Shown here piece after piece: positions 12,522 to 25,895 of a stretch of DNA of 64,000 nt. Source of the stretch: Dipteris shenzhenensis (taxonomy: Eukaryota); the NCBI GenBank assembly GCA_047967505.1, contig CM106538.1, one strand, 5' to 3'. A program made the translations under genes and the position numbers. Under the pieces are notes generated by a model, which was not told where the DNA came from, searched no databases, and saw only the letters and a program-made list of their open reading frames with translations. How positions within the stretch are numbered: the stretch's first letter is position 1; the number at the start of each line of letters is the position of its first letter.

Positions 12522-15500
12522 TGTTACCACCTATGTCTTCGTTCTCTAGCAATGGTCTTCCATCCTCAAATGTGAGTCTCTTGATAGGCCACCTTATTAA
12601 ATTGACACAAACTGTGGGGGTTAAAGGCCATTGTACCTCAACCCCAATTATGTACAATACTCAAACACACATATATATGGATGACATAGAAGATTAGGGT
12701 GTTCTGCACCTACTAAAACTTGTGTGACTCTCTTTTCTGGCTCTCCCTCTCTCTCACCTTCTTCCATTCCGCTTCTGTTGTTGAGATCTCTTAACTTGTA
12801 TCAGAGTGCGGGTGTTCTAGTTGAGCCCAGGTGTGAGCCTGGAGCTTGAAGTCTGCTGCTACAGCTCTGTGGAAGGAAGGATAAGCTCTGTTGGGTGTCT
12901 TTACCTGCATCCTGATGTGCAAAGACCTTGTAGAAACCTTTAAAAAGTTCTTTAAGTGGTTTTTGGCAAGCCAGCAGGTGGTTTTGGAGGCAAAAGACAG
13001 TCTATTTTAGATATGAGAGTCTTGTGATAAATATATCTTTCTCTAGAAGCTAAATCTCACCCTAAGATCGAAAGAAAAGTTGTAGAAGACTTTGAGTACA
13101 TTTTTTGTTTTTGCATCTTTGTCATCCGAGTTTTAAGTGAAAAGTTACAACTCCTGTGAAAAGTGGCGAAATTCAATTTCGTGCGCAGATTTCGTGTGTT
13201 GGATCTCCATATCCAGGCCACCATTTGCAGTTCAGACACTCCCACTGGATTCAAAGTGGTCCAAAACTTCTACTTGTGAAGCTACTTCTGATTCCGTGAA
13301 GTTTTGAAGTTGTGGTGAAGCTCTATCTACTCCACCGTCTTCATTTCGTCATTTTCCTGTGTGAGTGGGATCTCAACATCCAGGGCTTTATTTGTAGAGC
13401 TGTCTATCCCGTTGGATTCAAGACTACGTGAAACATCTGTCTACAAAGCTGTTTGCCATTCCGTGAAGAATCGAGGGAGTTATGCTTCTCTGTGTTTTTT
13501 CTGTCGTCTCTGTGAAGGAAATTTCTCAAAGTTTCCAAGACCTTCTCATTGATTGCCATGTGGCATTTTGACTAAGGTTAAGTTTCCTAAGGTTCATTTT
13601 TGCAAGTAAATGCAAGGGTTGACTGGCTCTTATTCCATCCTTGGATGAGATTTTAGAGTTGTGGTGGCAGAAGAGAGATATTTATAGATTGTCTTGTTGA
13701 GTTCAATTATGCAGTGACGCCCATGTTTGAGACATCCCAGGTTTTATTTTCACTAGTGGTCATTGTCGTGGGGCTGTAATTTCTTGGATATACCTTAATA
13801 TGGATGCATAGTATATTCACATGAGTCAGATGCATTTTGATGCTTTGAGCCTTTGAGGTTTGGTGATATTCTCTTCTATTTTGGCATACACATTTAGGTG
13901 TACTTGGTATTTGGTGTGATTTCTCTCTTGCAGGTACTAGCATTTGGGATTTTGTTTCATTTGCATCATGGGATCCTCTTCCATTTCTGAAAAGGAGTTT
14001 TTTAGCATTAAAAAGTTTGATGGGATAAACTTTTCTTTACGGAAAGAATAGATAAGGGATTTGCTTATTTAAAGAGGCACATTAAACCCTTGGCAGGGAT
14101 TGGAGCTAAGCTTGTAGATATGTATGAGGATGATTGGAATGAGTTGGATGCATTAGCAAAGTTTACTATTAGACTTCATCTTGTAGAGTCAGTTTATTTT
14201 ACAATAATAAATGAGTAGACTACATAAGATTTGTGGAAGAAATTATGTGCCACTTATGAGAAGGAAACTGCCTCTAATAAAGTTTACCTCATAAAGAGGT
14301 TGTTTGAGCTGCAGATGAAGGAAAGGATCTCCATTGCTTCTCACTTGAATGAATTCAATATTATTTTCAGCCAGCTTCAGGCTTAGAAGATGAATTTTGA
14401 TGCGGAGACTAAGGCAATATTCCTCTTATGTTCATTATCATCCTCATGGGATACCTTCTGTATAGCTGTCAGTAACTCTACACTTGGTGGAGTACTGAAG
14501 TTTGATGATGTTATGGGTGGCTTGTTGGTCAAGGAGATTAGACGAAAGTCTCTGGATGGCAATAAACAAGATGCAGCCTTAAATGTACAAAGGGGCAAAT
14601 CACAGTTCAGGAGGAAGTCCCAAGAAAGAGGGAAGTCTCATAGCAAATCCAGGGCACGGAACATTGAACATTACCACTGTGGCAAGAAGGGCCACATGAA
14701 AAAGTATTGCTACAAGCTGAAAAGAGAGCAAAAGGATAAGAAAAAGAATGTGAATTGGGATGTAAATAAGAAGGAAGAGAGTCCAAGGGAGGACAAAGAA
14801 AAAATCAAGATTAGGAGATTAATGCAGTCACTGATGATAGTGACAATGACATTCTCTTCATGTCTAGTCTACCTGCAGACTTGCTTAACAATTCAGATGA
14901 TGCATATTCCCAGGATTAGATTTTGGATTCTGGTGCTTCATTCTATGTTACCCCATAGGGAATGGTCGCTGATGATAGTGACAATGACATTCTCTTCATG
15001 TCTAGTCTACCTGTAGACTTGCTTATTAACAATTCAGATGATGCATATTCCTAGGATTAGATTTTGGATTCTAGTGCTACATTCCATGTTACTCCCCATA
15101 GGGAATGGTTCTTCACTTATGACAGTGGAAAGATAGGTTGTATGCATCTTGGAAATAACTATGCATGTGACATAGTGGGAGCAGGTGACATAAAGTTTTC
15201 TTTTGCAAATGGGTCTACATTTGTTTTGAAAAATGTGAGACATGTGCCTAAGTTGACCAAGAGTCTCATTTTAGCAAGCTAGCTAGATGATGCTAGTTTT
15301 CATACCACTTTTGGCTTTCAATGTTTAAAAATTCAGAAGGGCTCTATGGTTTTGGCCAGGGGTGCCAAGTGTGGGACTTTGTATCCCTTACATGTATCAG
15401 GGGTATCTGATCATGTTGAAGTACTTCTTTGTGGCATTGTAGGTTGGGGCACATGAGCCAGAATGGAATGAAACTCTTATGCCATTTGGGTTATGTACCG

Positions 15501-17510
15501 CATTTGAGTTTTTCTGATTTTGAATTTTGTGAGCATTGTCTCTATGGCAAGCAGACTAAATCAGCCCATAAAATAAGGAGAAAGAAAGATCTTGAAAGGC
15601 TTGATTTGGTGCATTCAGACATATGTGGTCTCATGCCTACACGATCATTAGGCAGGGATGAATACTATGTGACTTTCATTGATGATGCAACTAGGAAAGT
15701 ATGGGCTTATGCTATAGCTCGGAAGAGCGATGTGTTCTAGGTATTTCAAAAATGGTTGGCTTTGGCTGAAAATCAGTCAGGTAGAATGCTTAAATGCCTA
15801 TAGACCGATAATGGTGGAGAGTATATCTCTGATGACTTTCAACATTTTTGTGATACACATGGGATCAAGAGGGAGTTCACGTCCCCTTGTACTCCAGAGC
15901 AGAATCCAATTGTAGAACAGATGAACTGCAGCATTTAGGAAAGGTTGTAATGTATGGTTTACAATGCAAGTCTTTTTGGTGGTTTTTGGGCTGAGGGAAT
16001 GAAGACAACAATGCATGTGATCCATAGATCACCTAGTAAGAGTTTTGATGGTGGTATTCTTGAAGAGGCATGGAGTGGCAAGAAGCCCACCTACTCTCAT
16101 TTGCGTATATTTGAGTGTGAGGCATATGCACATGTGTCAAAAGAGCTTCAGAAAAAGCTAGATCCTAAGTCTAGGAAATGCATCTTTTTGGGTTATGGTG
16201 AAAGTGGAGAGATGGGCTATCGTCTCTGGGATCCAAAAGAAGAAAAAATCATACGAAGCCATGATGTGGTCTTCAATGAGAAGAAGATGCATAAGACACC
16301 CATGAGGGATGTGGAAATGAGGAGAATCACTCTCGAGGATGTGAATCCACCTGCATATGTTGATAGACAGAACGCTATCCATGCACCGATTGTGCAAGAA
16401 ATGGTGCCCCCATGTACTCCCATAGGTACATAATCGAGGACAGTTGATGAATCATCTATTGGTGGAAACGATGAGACAAATGTGGCTCATTTGCAAGTGG
16501 TACAGCAAGCTGAAATGCCCTTGAGAAGAACATCTAGAGTGTCTAGACCGCCTGAGAAATTTGTTCCACGGGTAGACTATGTGGTGCTTATACTGATTGC
16601 GGGGAGCATTCTTGCTATAGAGAGGCTATGATGCGTGAAGATCAGTGCAAGTGGGAGTATCCTATGTAATCAGAGATGAGTTCACTCATAAAGAATAAGA
16701 CTTGGGACTTGGTTTCGTTGCCACATGGAAAGAAAGCATTGCCATGTAAATGGGTCTACAAGATGGTCACGGGTGACGATGTGCTTAAGTACAAGGCTCG
16801 TTTGGTTGCCAAAGGGTTCAAGCAAGAGAAGGGTGTGAACTTTGATGAGATCTTCTCTCCAGTTGTGAAGATGACCACACAGAGATGTGTATTTGGACTT
16901 GTGGCAGCACAGGATAAGAAGCTTATGCAGATGGATGTCAAGACAGCTTTCTTACATGGGGATTTGGATGAGAAAATTTACATGGTACAGTTGGAAGGCT
17001 TTGAAGAAAAGGGCAAAGAGCATTTGGTTTACAACCTGAAAAAGAGTCTCTATGGCCTTAAGCAAGCGCCTAGAGAATGGTATCACAAGTTTGATGCTTT
17101 CATTCAGTCCCAGGGTTTCAGAAGAAGTGAGATTGATCACTGCCTATACACTAAAAGGGCTAAGGATGATAGTCTGATACTCGCACTTTATGTGGATGAT
17201 ATGCTATTGGCTAGCAAGAACACTTATGAGCTTGATGCATTGAAGGCCAAGTTTCATGAGGCCTTTGACATGAAGGATTTGGGACACCTGTAGGTCATAT
17301 TCTTGGTATGCGCATCACGCGTGACTGGAGAAGGAAACTCCTTTGGCTTTCATAGAAGGAGTATGTTACAAAAGTATTGTAGCATTTTAATATGGAGGGG
17401 TGGAAGGCAGCAAGTACTCCCTTGCCTCCATATGTGAAACTGAATCAGGCAGATAGTTCGAAATCAGATGAGGAGAGGGCCATGATGGCCAAGGTAAGTG
17501 GGATCCTGCA
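12522..17510 (+). mobile_element. Ty1/copia LTR retrotransposon (Tnt1/Tork-like), 3'-truncated and degenerate
   Basis: Candidate 5' LTR ~12522-12795 and degenerate tRNA-Met PBS tgtatcagag ~12797. gag from ATG 13968 (KFDG.NFS), knuckle HYHCGKKGHMKKYC, PR LDS(G)A, GAG-pre-integrase WHCRLGH, INT VHSD/FIDD/DNGGEY, RT KARLVAKG/MDVKTAFLHG/LYVDDML. Ends before RNase H. Confidence 0.92.
14831..15110 (+). repeat. 138-bp tandem duplication spanning the copia protease active site
   Basis: ctgatgatagtgacaatgac...ccccatagggaatggt begins at 14831 and again at 14969. Confidence 0.9.
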
Positions 17511-17675
17511 CTCATCTTCAATGTTGTCGCTCTTAGCCATTCTCTCTTTGTCTCTCTCACCATTCTCTTCACAAACTGTCACAACGGCCTTGAATTCTAT
17601 CTCTCTCACTCACTCTCATGCTTGCGCTCGCTCTCTCTATCCCTCTTTCTCCATAACTCTCTTTCTCCTAAGAAT

Positions 17676-17683
17676 CTCTCTCT

Positions 17684-17735
<52 letters not shown>
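17676..17735. repeat. (CT)n microsatellite
   Basis: Near-pure CT run. Confidence 0.95.
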
Positions 17736-17739
<4 letters not shown>

Positions 17740-20089
17740 CTCTAAATCTCTAATATGGTCAAAATAGCAAGAAAAAAGTTTCACCAAAAGGCCAAAAATC
17801 TATTTTGACACTAACATAATCCTAACGAGTTAAAAAAAATTGTCGCATCCTATTTGTAAATGATGGGGATACAAATTTCAAACCTTGGGGCAAAAAACAT
17901 TGTTAGATTTGCTTCCAAATAAACAAGAACCTAAAGAAGGTTATACCATAGGGCCAAATCTTATCATTTTGTCAAGTTTTCGATAAGGTCTAAATGTCCA
18001 CAATGGCTACACAAGCAAGCTTCCTAAAGAAGGTTTCACCTAAAAAAAATCCTAATGAGTATATTTCCCTCAAAAGTTTTAGACACAAGGTTAGAAATTT
18101 GTCACATACCCTTACCACTCTTTGGAGAATAACATAGGAGAAAATTCCAAGAGATTGTGTTTAATGTTGGAGTAGCAAGATCCTATTTCCAAAGAATGGG
18201 GATACAAAGTTTCCACCTTATGGCCAAATCTTCTTGTTATGTCCATATGGCCAAAGCCTCTTGAGTCATCAAGATTTTTTCAAGGTCTAAATCTCTATAA
18301 TGGCCAGCCAAAAAAGAAAACTGTAGAAATTTTCACGAGATGGCCAAAAACTTTTCATATTCTGATACAAGGTTTTGGCCACATTTTCTTGATTTGGCCC
18401 TATAGCCAAAACTCCTTGATTTGTCAAGATTTGGACATGGTCTAAATGTCCACAATGGCTAGACAAGCAAGCAAGATGAAGAAGGTTTGACCAGATGGCC
18501 AAAACTTTATTTTGATAGAAAAAAATCGTAATGAGTATACTGGCCTCTGGATGCAACACATGTTGTAGATGGGATGACATGGAATGATTTCAAGTTCAAG
18601 ATGGTGTTGAAGTCACTACTTGAGATGACAAGTGATCCAAAGCAATTCATGTGCTTGTTGTTTGTGACTCACAGGCAAATCGTTGCATCTTGAGAACGTC
18701 TCTAGACAGTACAAGATGTTGAGAGGGACTATTGACTTTATAATGAGTTGTGACACTTTTGCTAGTGGTGCATATGATTCATATGTTGCATCGACAATTG
18801 TTAGCAAGGGTAAGAGTTTCAATCCCCTTGAGCATTACATGAACCATGCCAACAAGCCAAATATTTCTAATGTTAAGTTGAGGATGATGAGGATGATGAA
18901 GGTCAAGATGAGGAATCAAGGGTAGCAAAGACATTAATAGAGAAGAAAAGATATGCGATCATCAACATAGTGGATGCATACATGGAGGAGCATGAAGTTG
19001 TGTTTGACATATTTGCTAATGGAGAAGCTTCAGTTGTTTAAGTGGTGAATAATAGAAAAACTATATCAATTGTATGCAATGAAAGAGATACGAGGAGTGT
19101 CGAAGCTCATTATTGGATGGCACAAGCAAAACCCAAATTTGACACCGGTAGATGAAAAGGAGTGGAAGACAAATTTGATAAGATTATTATGTAGGAGAGG
19201 GACAAAGGTGTTTGAAGATCTCTATTGCTAGTCAACTTCCGATTATAATTTCAAATTTCTCAGTTGCCATTCAACAAAAACTAGTTGGTTGAGATTTTTT
19301 CCTTCATGAACACTGATTAGTGGGTGTGGGTGGGTTGCCTTGCAAGGTTAATGTGTGTGTGTGTGTGCGCGCGCGCGTGCATGCATCACCTTTATTGATT
19401 CTAAAAAACATTGTTGCTTTGTATTAGAATAGTCACATGTAACATTGTATCAAAGACAACCATATAATTCTTCATGCACAACCTCAAGGGGTTCACTTAA
19501 AATTATGTGATTATCATGTTAGTTCAACATAAGGTCTTATTAAATTCACTTTTTAGATGTAGGCTTACATAAATATAATTACCCAAAGGGATTTTAAAAT
19601 GGATGCAAGTTTATAGAAATATAATTTACATAAGGACTTTTTTAAACGGGATTTTTAAAAGAGATGAAGTTCATATAGAAAACCATATTATTTACTCAAA
19701 ATTCATAATAGGTAAGGGATTTCTAATATACCCCTTGAATGCACGTGATCGTCTAGTTTTCTATATAGTGAACCCTAGTGTGCACAACCCATGCATTTGT
19801 GTATGAAGATTTGTGAGCATAAGTTGTATGCATAGCTAGTGTAAAACATGCATGCAAATTGTAAGGAGAGAATCTATGTGCACCCACACAATATATGTGC
19901 TATAAAGATCATCCACCATATTAACTAGCTATTTTCATGCACTTCTTATTGATAGCTTTTTTGTTTGGCTTGTCATTCATCTAGTTTGGCTTATCATTCA
20001 TCAAAGTGTACAAATTGCATTTTTATCATTTTTCATCTTTTCATTTTCATGCTTCATTAGCACTCAAAGCTAAATGCTTACTTTCTTGG

Positions 20090-21230
20090 AGTGGTAAGGT
20101 AGACGGTTTGAATTCATCGTGAACAATAGTATATTTGCATAGCACACATACTTCTCCTTTTCCTATCCTCCAATCTAGTAAAAATCACAAATGCAAGAAT
20201 GTTATAAAAAATTTCTAGAGACTAACACAAGACAATATATTATTATATTAATATAATCCACTATAGAAGATCCATTATACATCACACTTGAATATATTAC
20301 ATTAATCATTTTTTTAAATAAAAGATTTGGAGTTGTCCTATATAGTGCTTTGCTACAGCACCATTAATGAATGGTTTATCATATCCCAATTGTTAAGCAA
20401 TGTGCATGGCCACCATGTCTTTTAAACTAGACACACGACTAATTCCTCTCAACGTTGACACTTCTAATGAACTTAAGTAACTGGGTGGATTTTGAGAAAT
20501 ACCTACAAATTGTGTTTGTGTACTAGATAGGGCTTTGGAATTGTATGTCACGGCCTTTTCGTGCTCATCACCTCTGATGTTGGAGTTGGTTGAAGAAGCG
20601 TCTGGCTCTCCCTCACTATTGATTGTATTCCATTCAATAATTACATTCATGCAATGGGGATACAAAGGGTGTCCAAATTCCACAGGTGATTGACCATATC
20701 TGTCAAAGTTTATCACTTCATGTACATCCGCTCTACGACCTCCAGACAAAACAAGAAGGGTAGTAGCTCATCAATCAATACCAAATCTAATGATCACAAT
20801 TGAATATTATTGGAAAAAAAATTCCCTACAGGCTATCATTTGTATGGACTATCATCTATGAGGACGGTTCTATCGTGTTTGGAAATATCAGCCCATTGGT
20901 TCTAAACAAGTGTCAAAGGCTTGAACATTACTTCTACTCCCATTTTATCTGGTCTGTATACTTTTTCCCCTGGATGTATGTAGCATTGTTCTTGACTCCA
21001 CACCATAAAAAAAGGTAATTTCTTCTATACATGAAGTTGTAAACACTCAATGATTGCCATTACATTCTTGTGCATAGCTGTTCACCAAATGCCAACTTGA
21101 AAGTTCTCAAATAAAGCGTCAAGAAACTGCATGCAGCCTGGTGGCCCAACCATTATTAGCCCATGCATACACTTTCACAATTTGTTGACTTTAAGAAGCA
21201 ACATTGTAAAAGAAGTCCATTGAGATTATA
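20090..21230 (-). pseudogene. Decayed FCP1/NIF-type (HAD) phosphatase-domain gene, repeat copy 1
   Basis: Manual minus-strand translation: NLNGLLL...PPGCMQFLDALFENFQVGIW*TAMHKNV...FFMVWSQEQC...FKPLTLV*...TVLIDDSPYK...DVHEVINFDRYGQSP, with in-frame stops. A downstream exon-like block reads GEVCVLCKYTIVHDEFKPSTLPL. Confidence 0.75.
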
Positions 21231-21256
21231 ATTTTTCATAAACATAATTTGGATTA

Positions 21257-21263
<7 letters not shown>

Positions 21264-21304
<41 letters not shown>
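21264..21304. repeat. (GA)n microsatellite
   Basis: Pure GA run. Confidence 0.95.
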
Positions 21305-21307
<3 letters not shown>

Positions 21308-21634
21308 TCAAATTTTCCACACCAAACATTGGAGAAAGTTTAGACCATGAGGTCAAATTATTTATGCAAGAACTTTATGCAGGAACACTCCAAATGTTAG
21401 AAGATATGCATTAGTCTTGTATTTTTTTACTATCGGCTCAAGATAGCTAAGAAAACCTGACAATTCTATAAAAGGTCAAACATAGCCCAATTTCATCTTC
21501 GTGGTCAACGCTTACTTCATTTTAGTAGGATGCTAATTATAGTTAGAGTGCAAAGTAAGTTTAGTTAGTTCACAGTTAGTGTCTATTAGTATGTTAGTAA
21601 CCGCCTCCACTTGCATCCTCTTCATCTTCTCCAG

Positions 21635-24091
21635 GTTGTCTTGGCTTCATGCTCTTCACATTCTCTCTTGTTCCAGAGTCTAGTCGCCTGGTTGTACACG
21701 GTATGTGAAGGGCCAATAATGGTTCTTGCATTTGTGGCGGTGGTGGGGTTTTTTATGTGTCACGTTTCCATTCTGTCCATGATCTTAACAAAAAGCAAGA
21801 CTTAGAGTGGATTCTCCACCTTGTTGGCCTTCTTGGATTGGATATAGGTCAGGGATTAGGAAACGCTAATCCGAGTTGATTAAGTAATATTAAGCTAAGA
21901 ATTAAAAGAAATGGCTTAAGCTCACTCTGCAGATTTCTTCCGATGGAGGTAGCGTTCAAGCTTCTGGATGCACCAGGAATCAACGCCTTCATGCTCTTCA
22001 TCACCATTTTTTGAGGTAAGGCAGCATCCTTGGCTTGGATAGATCGCCATAATCACTGTTTCTTGATCATCAATCGGATAGATCGCCATAATCACTGATT
22101 TCTGATCGTGCAGTCAATCGGATGGCATTCACGAAATCCTTCTTAGGAGTCGTCTCCACCTGCAGATTTGTATAAGTCATCATCTGTTTGTGGTGTTTTC
22201 GATAATAGCATCCTCGTTAAGTAGCTTGACATCTTGTGTGCAAATGTCATTTAAATTACCGAGAAATTTTTTATTTCTGTTCATCTTTCCATAGCATATT
22301 AATAGGTGCAATTGGTGTATGCTTCACAGCTTCAGGAGCCATGACACTGTGTTCTAAGAGCTCTGAATTCTGGCTTCTCTTCTCAATCTACATTCGGAAG
22401 CTCTCCACCAGCTCCGAGAATGCATTTCTCCTGGAAAATGAAGTTCTTCCCCTCCTCGATCGCCTCAATTTTCTGACAGAATGTGACGACCTTACCGCGC
22501 TGGATAGCATTCTTAGTAGTTTGCGAACCGCCGGTTTCCAATTGCCTTTAGAGACTAAAAAAATCCTTTCGAGTGAGCTCGTATTCAAAGCGTTCAAGTC
22601 CAAATCCACCTTCAAAGCGAGACAGTTGATCGATTATGCAAAGCGCATAGTAGGTTGCAGTTTCTACGGCCTCAGAGAAGCCATCCAAATTGCGCAAACA
22701 AAGATAAATGCGAAGGAAATGTCTAATCCGGAGCTCCAAATCATGTTATCTGTGGTAGAGGAAGAGGTGTGTTGGAACATCTGCGACGAGAGTCGTTTGC
22801 TGCAGGTGAAATTTACTCGCTTGCAGATGCGTCCAGTATGCTTTGAAGACTTCGCGATTTCTACTGGTAGACTAGGTGAAAAACAACTGACGTTACCAAA
22901 AATTTGTTTGCCAGTTTGTGATGGAAGACGAAGAAATTGGTAATGGCATCAGCGAGGGTACTCATGTAGGGGGAGCTGAAGGCAGCCGACTGGCAGGTTT
23001 CATCCGGCGTGGTCTACAATCTCAGCAAAAGGAGGCTCGGCTTCAGACACTTAGATTAGCTGTCGCCTGCAGTTTCCATTCCAACTACATATTCTCCAAA
23101 TTTCTTCCAGTCTTCGAAGTATCGCTTTACGTCGAGGATTTCAACGTCCGTGAGTACGTTCTGGCTGGATTGATGGATTTGGTTTATATGCATCGCGGAT
23201 CTCTGACACTCGGTGCCATTGCCCATCTCATCTTCCCATTCCTCAATGCGCCGACAGGGGGACTACAACTTGTTGCAGTAATTGGGTGCGGTAAGGTCTC
23301 TTGTGATTGTGAGTGGCTTCAGTAAGCGTCACAGTGGTTAGCAGGTTTACACAACAGAGGTTCTATTCAGCTTGAGTTGTAACCGAGATATACGAAGCCG
23401 AGATTTGCTTTCTTGCTATCAGCGTTCAGGCAATGTACTACTGTATGTAATACAGGACGGCTGCTTCTTTTCGATTGCTTCCCGGACGAGACGGAGTGTT
23501 TGTTGAGTGCGATGTTCGAGCGTTATGTTTATGATTCCCCCGCAGACAAGGCAAGGTAATCAGGATGAAGTCGTTTCGGCTTCATAAAAACTTCTAATTT
23601 CTCTGAAGCGCCTAATGTGAAATTTCAGATTGTTGGAGAAAGTCTTCTAGGCAATGATCTAGTCAAATCTAAAATCCGAGAGCAGGACGCTGTTGCTGAA
23701 CTCCGTCTACATGTTCTTTTTGTGCAGCAGCAAGGAAAAGCTTGAGTCCGTTGTGAAGGCAATGCACTGCTTCTTCCAGGAATACTCTGGTGGAAAGAAG
23801 CTGCACCAGGACGAGATCGCCAACACACTTGTGTATTTGTGCCTGGAAAAGGTGGAGGAAGGGATTGTTCTGACTGGAGATCATCCGAATCCCATGCTGC
23901 AGGACAATCCGGAACGAAGAGATGAAGCAAAACGCTTACACTTAGCCCTGCGGTTTGGCTTGAGCCTGAGCGACAACATTGTGGATGCTGTAGTGGACAG
24001 TCTTATTCTCAACATCCAGGGAGGAGGGGTGGATGAAGTTCCTATGCTCTGCAAGAGTGCATGTCGAAATTGGCTGCTGTCTTCTTGCTAA
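21635..24091 (+). CDS. HEAT-repeat protein with a condensin CAP-G/Ycg1 C-terminal (Cnd3)-like region; exons 21635-21700, 21933-22015, 22114-22169, 22330-22805, 22915-23290, 23456-23555, 23728-24091; 5' end not established
   Basis: All six introns are GT-AG and phase-compatible, giving 1521 nt open (506 aa plus stop). Motifs VREYVLAGLMDL, LQLVAVIGCGRLLL, LLSAMFERYV and VKAMHCFFQEYS...HQDEIANTL resemble Cnd3 (AEG.AKLLL; LKQCLSVFFEHY...H). Confidence 0.7.
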
Positions 24092-24621
24092 AACCTTGGA
24101 ATGATGCTGCTCCTCACTTTGAAAGTCAAGGCAACTTCTTCTCTCTAAAACCTTGGTATGATGCTCCTCCTCAGTTTGAAAAGCAAGGCACCTTCCGCTT
24201 TACTCCTTGACAATGCTATAAGCTACTACTTTTTATGAAACAGGAAGTCAACATGCTGTTATAATAGAGTTAAAATGCCACGTAAAAGTTTAGATGGTTA
24301 GAGCATGCACCTTGTTAAGATCCACGTTCCATACATGATCCTTATAGTGCCTATGGATCAAACACTTATGCCAAATATAGGTCCCCCAATTGAAAAGAAT
24401 TCAAAATATATCAATTAATGGAAAAGCTAGGAGGGAGGGTTGGGAAACAAGGTGAATGATATTTAATCCAAGATCAAAAAAAGGAAACAAAAAGGAAATG
24501 GTGTAGAGGAGGACTACATGAGATATAGGGAGAGAGAGAGAGAGAGGGGGGCGGGGAGGGTTGGGGGGGGAGGGAGAAAAGGTGGAGATGGTATGTAAGA
24601 AGACTTGAGGAGATAAAGAAG

Positions 24622-24622
<1 letters not shown>

Positions 24623-24660
<38 letters not shown>
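24623..24660. repeat. (GA)n microsatellite
   Basis: Pure GA run within a purine-rich stretch. Confidence 0.95.
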
Positions 24661-24663
<3 letters not shown>

Positions 24664-25694
24664 ACCACTTTAAAGTCTGCATTCAAGTCCAAAGAAGAAG
24701 AGAACATATTGTCCAATAGGAAAAAAGCAATTCTAAAAATGCCTAATTTTTGCTTTGCCAAATTTGAAGCGTTGCCAAGGCTACCGAGAGGGCAGGCCAA
24801 AAAAACGGGGAAGGGAGTAACTAAGAGAGTTATGTCTCACTCTAAGTACTCTTTCATAATATCTTCATGTAGCTTAGAGGAAAGACCCTATGAGTAGGTA
24901 AAGAATGTCTTAAGTACCCCCTTGCATGAAAATTAGAATCTCTTTCTTTAACCTTAGCCAACCTCCACCTTTCCACCTAAGAAATCAATTCACTTTCTCC
25001 ATTTAAAAAATAAAGGCCCTTTCAATTTGTTTCTCCTTCGGTGGAGTTATACGTATCATATAATGTATTGAGATTAAGGGTCTTTAAAATATGTAGATGG
25101 CAAGTATAGATGAGCAAACTAATGGAGGAATTAAAGGTGAGAGCCATTAGGCTACATGAAGAAAAACAAGCCATTTAAAACAATTGAGGATCTTTCTAAG
25201 TGAGTCTAGAGTTCCAAGTCTCAACCACTAAGGCAATCCTTAGCAAGGGAGTGCTAAATAAGTTATAGTCGATGATCGAGATTTGGTATATGATATATGA
25301 TAAGAAATTTCCAAGGTCTGTTTACACACCTCAAAGCCTTATTCATTCTTTCCTTTTAGAAAAAGGGAAAAAACATTATTGAATACATAATTGGCCTTTT
25401 TTAGTATAAGCTAACAACTGACACTAGTGTTGCCACCTCTTGACTTAAGAGATTGCAAATGTTTCATTTAGTTCAGTGTGTTAAATTTCATTCATAAGGT
25501 TACATACTATAGAACATTAGTGTTGCCATCACTTGACTCATGAGTCTATTGCAAACATTTCATATGTTACATTTCATTGATATGGCTACACACTATGGAA
25601 TGCACTTAAGGCCATGGGTCCCAATTTTTTTGGGCCTCTTGTCATTACATTCAGCCTCAGTCTGAAGGTGCACCATCAGGAAAAAAAACATGAG

Positions 25695-25895
25695 GAGTAC
25701 TAGACAACAAAGGTAAACTAGCAATAACTGTCCCAGTGATCTGTGGTTTAGGAGCATAGTTATTAAAGTATCATCAATCAGAGTTAGATACAACATGAGT
25801 ACTAGACAAAAAAGGTAAACTCACAACAACTGTTCCAATGATCTGTGGTATAGGAGCATAGTTACTAAAGTATCATCACTTAGAGTTAGATACAA
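25695..25895. repeat. Tandem duplication, 102-bp period
   Basis: gagtactagacaa...aggagcatagtta.taaagtatcatca...gagttagatacaa occurs twice. Confidence 0.9.

Noticed and set aside
18600-19260. Coding-like decayed segment
   Set aside because: Multiple stops and no assignable domain.
22236-22943. 235-aa ORF as a stand-alone gene
   Set aside because: Both ends run into introns; only 22330-22805 fits the spliced model.
23629-23727. Alternative acceptor at 23628 (with GT or GC donor)
   Set aside because: It leads to stops. The acceptor at 23727 has a better pyrimidine tract and keeps the frame.
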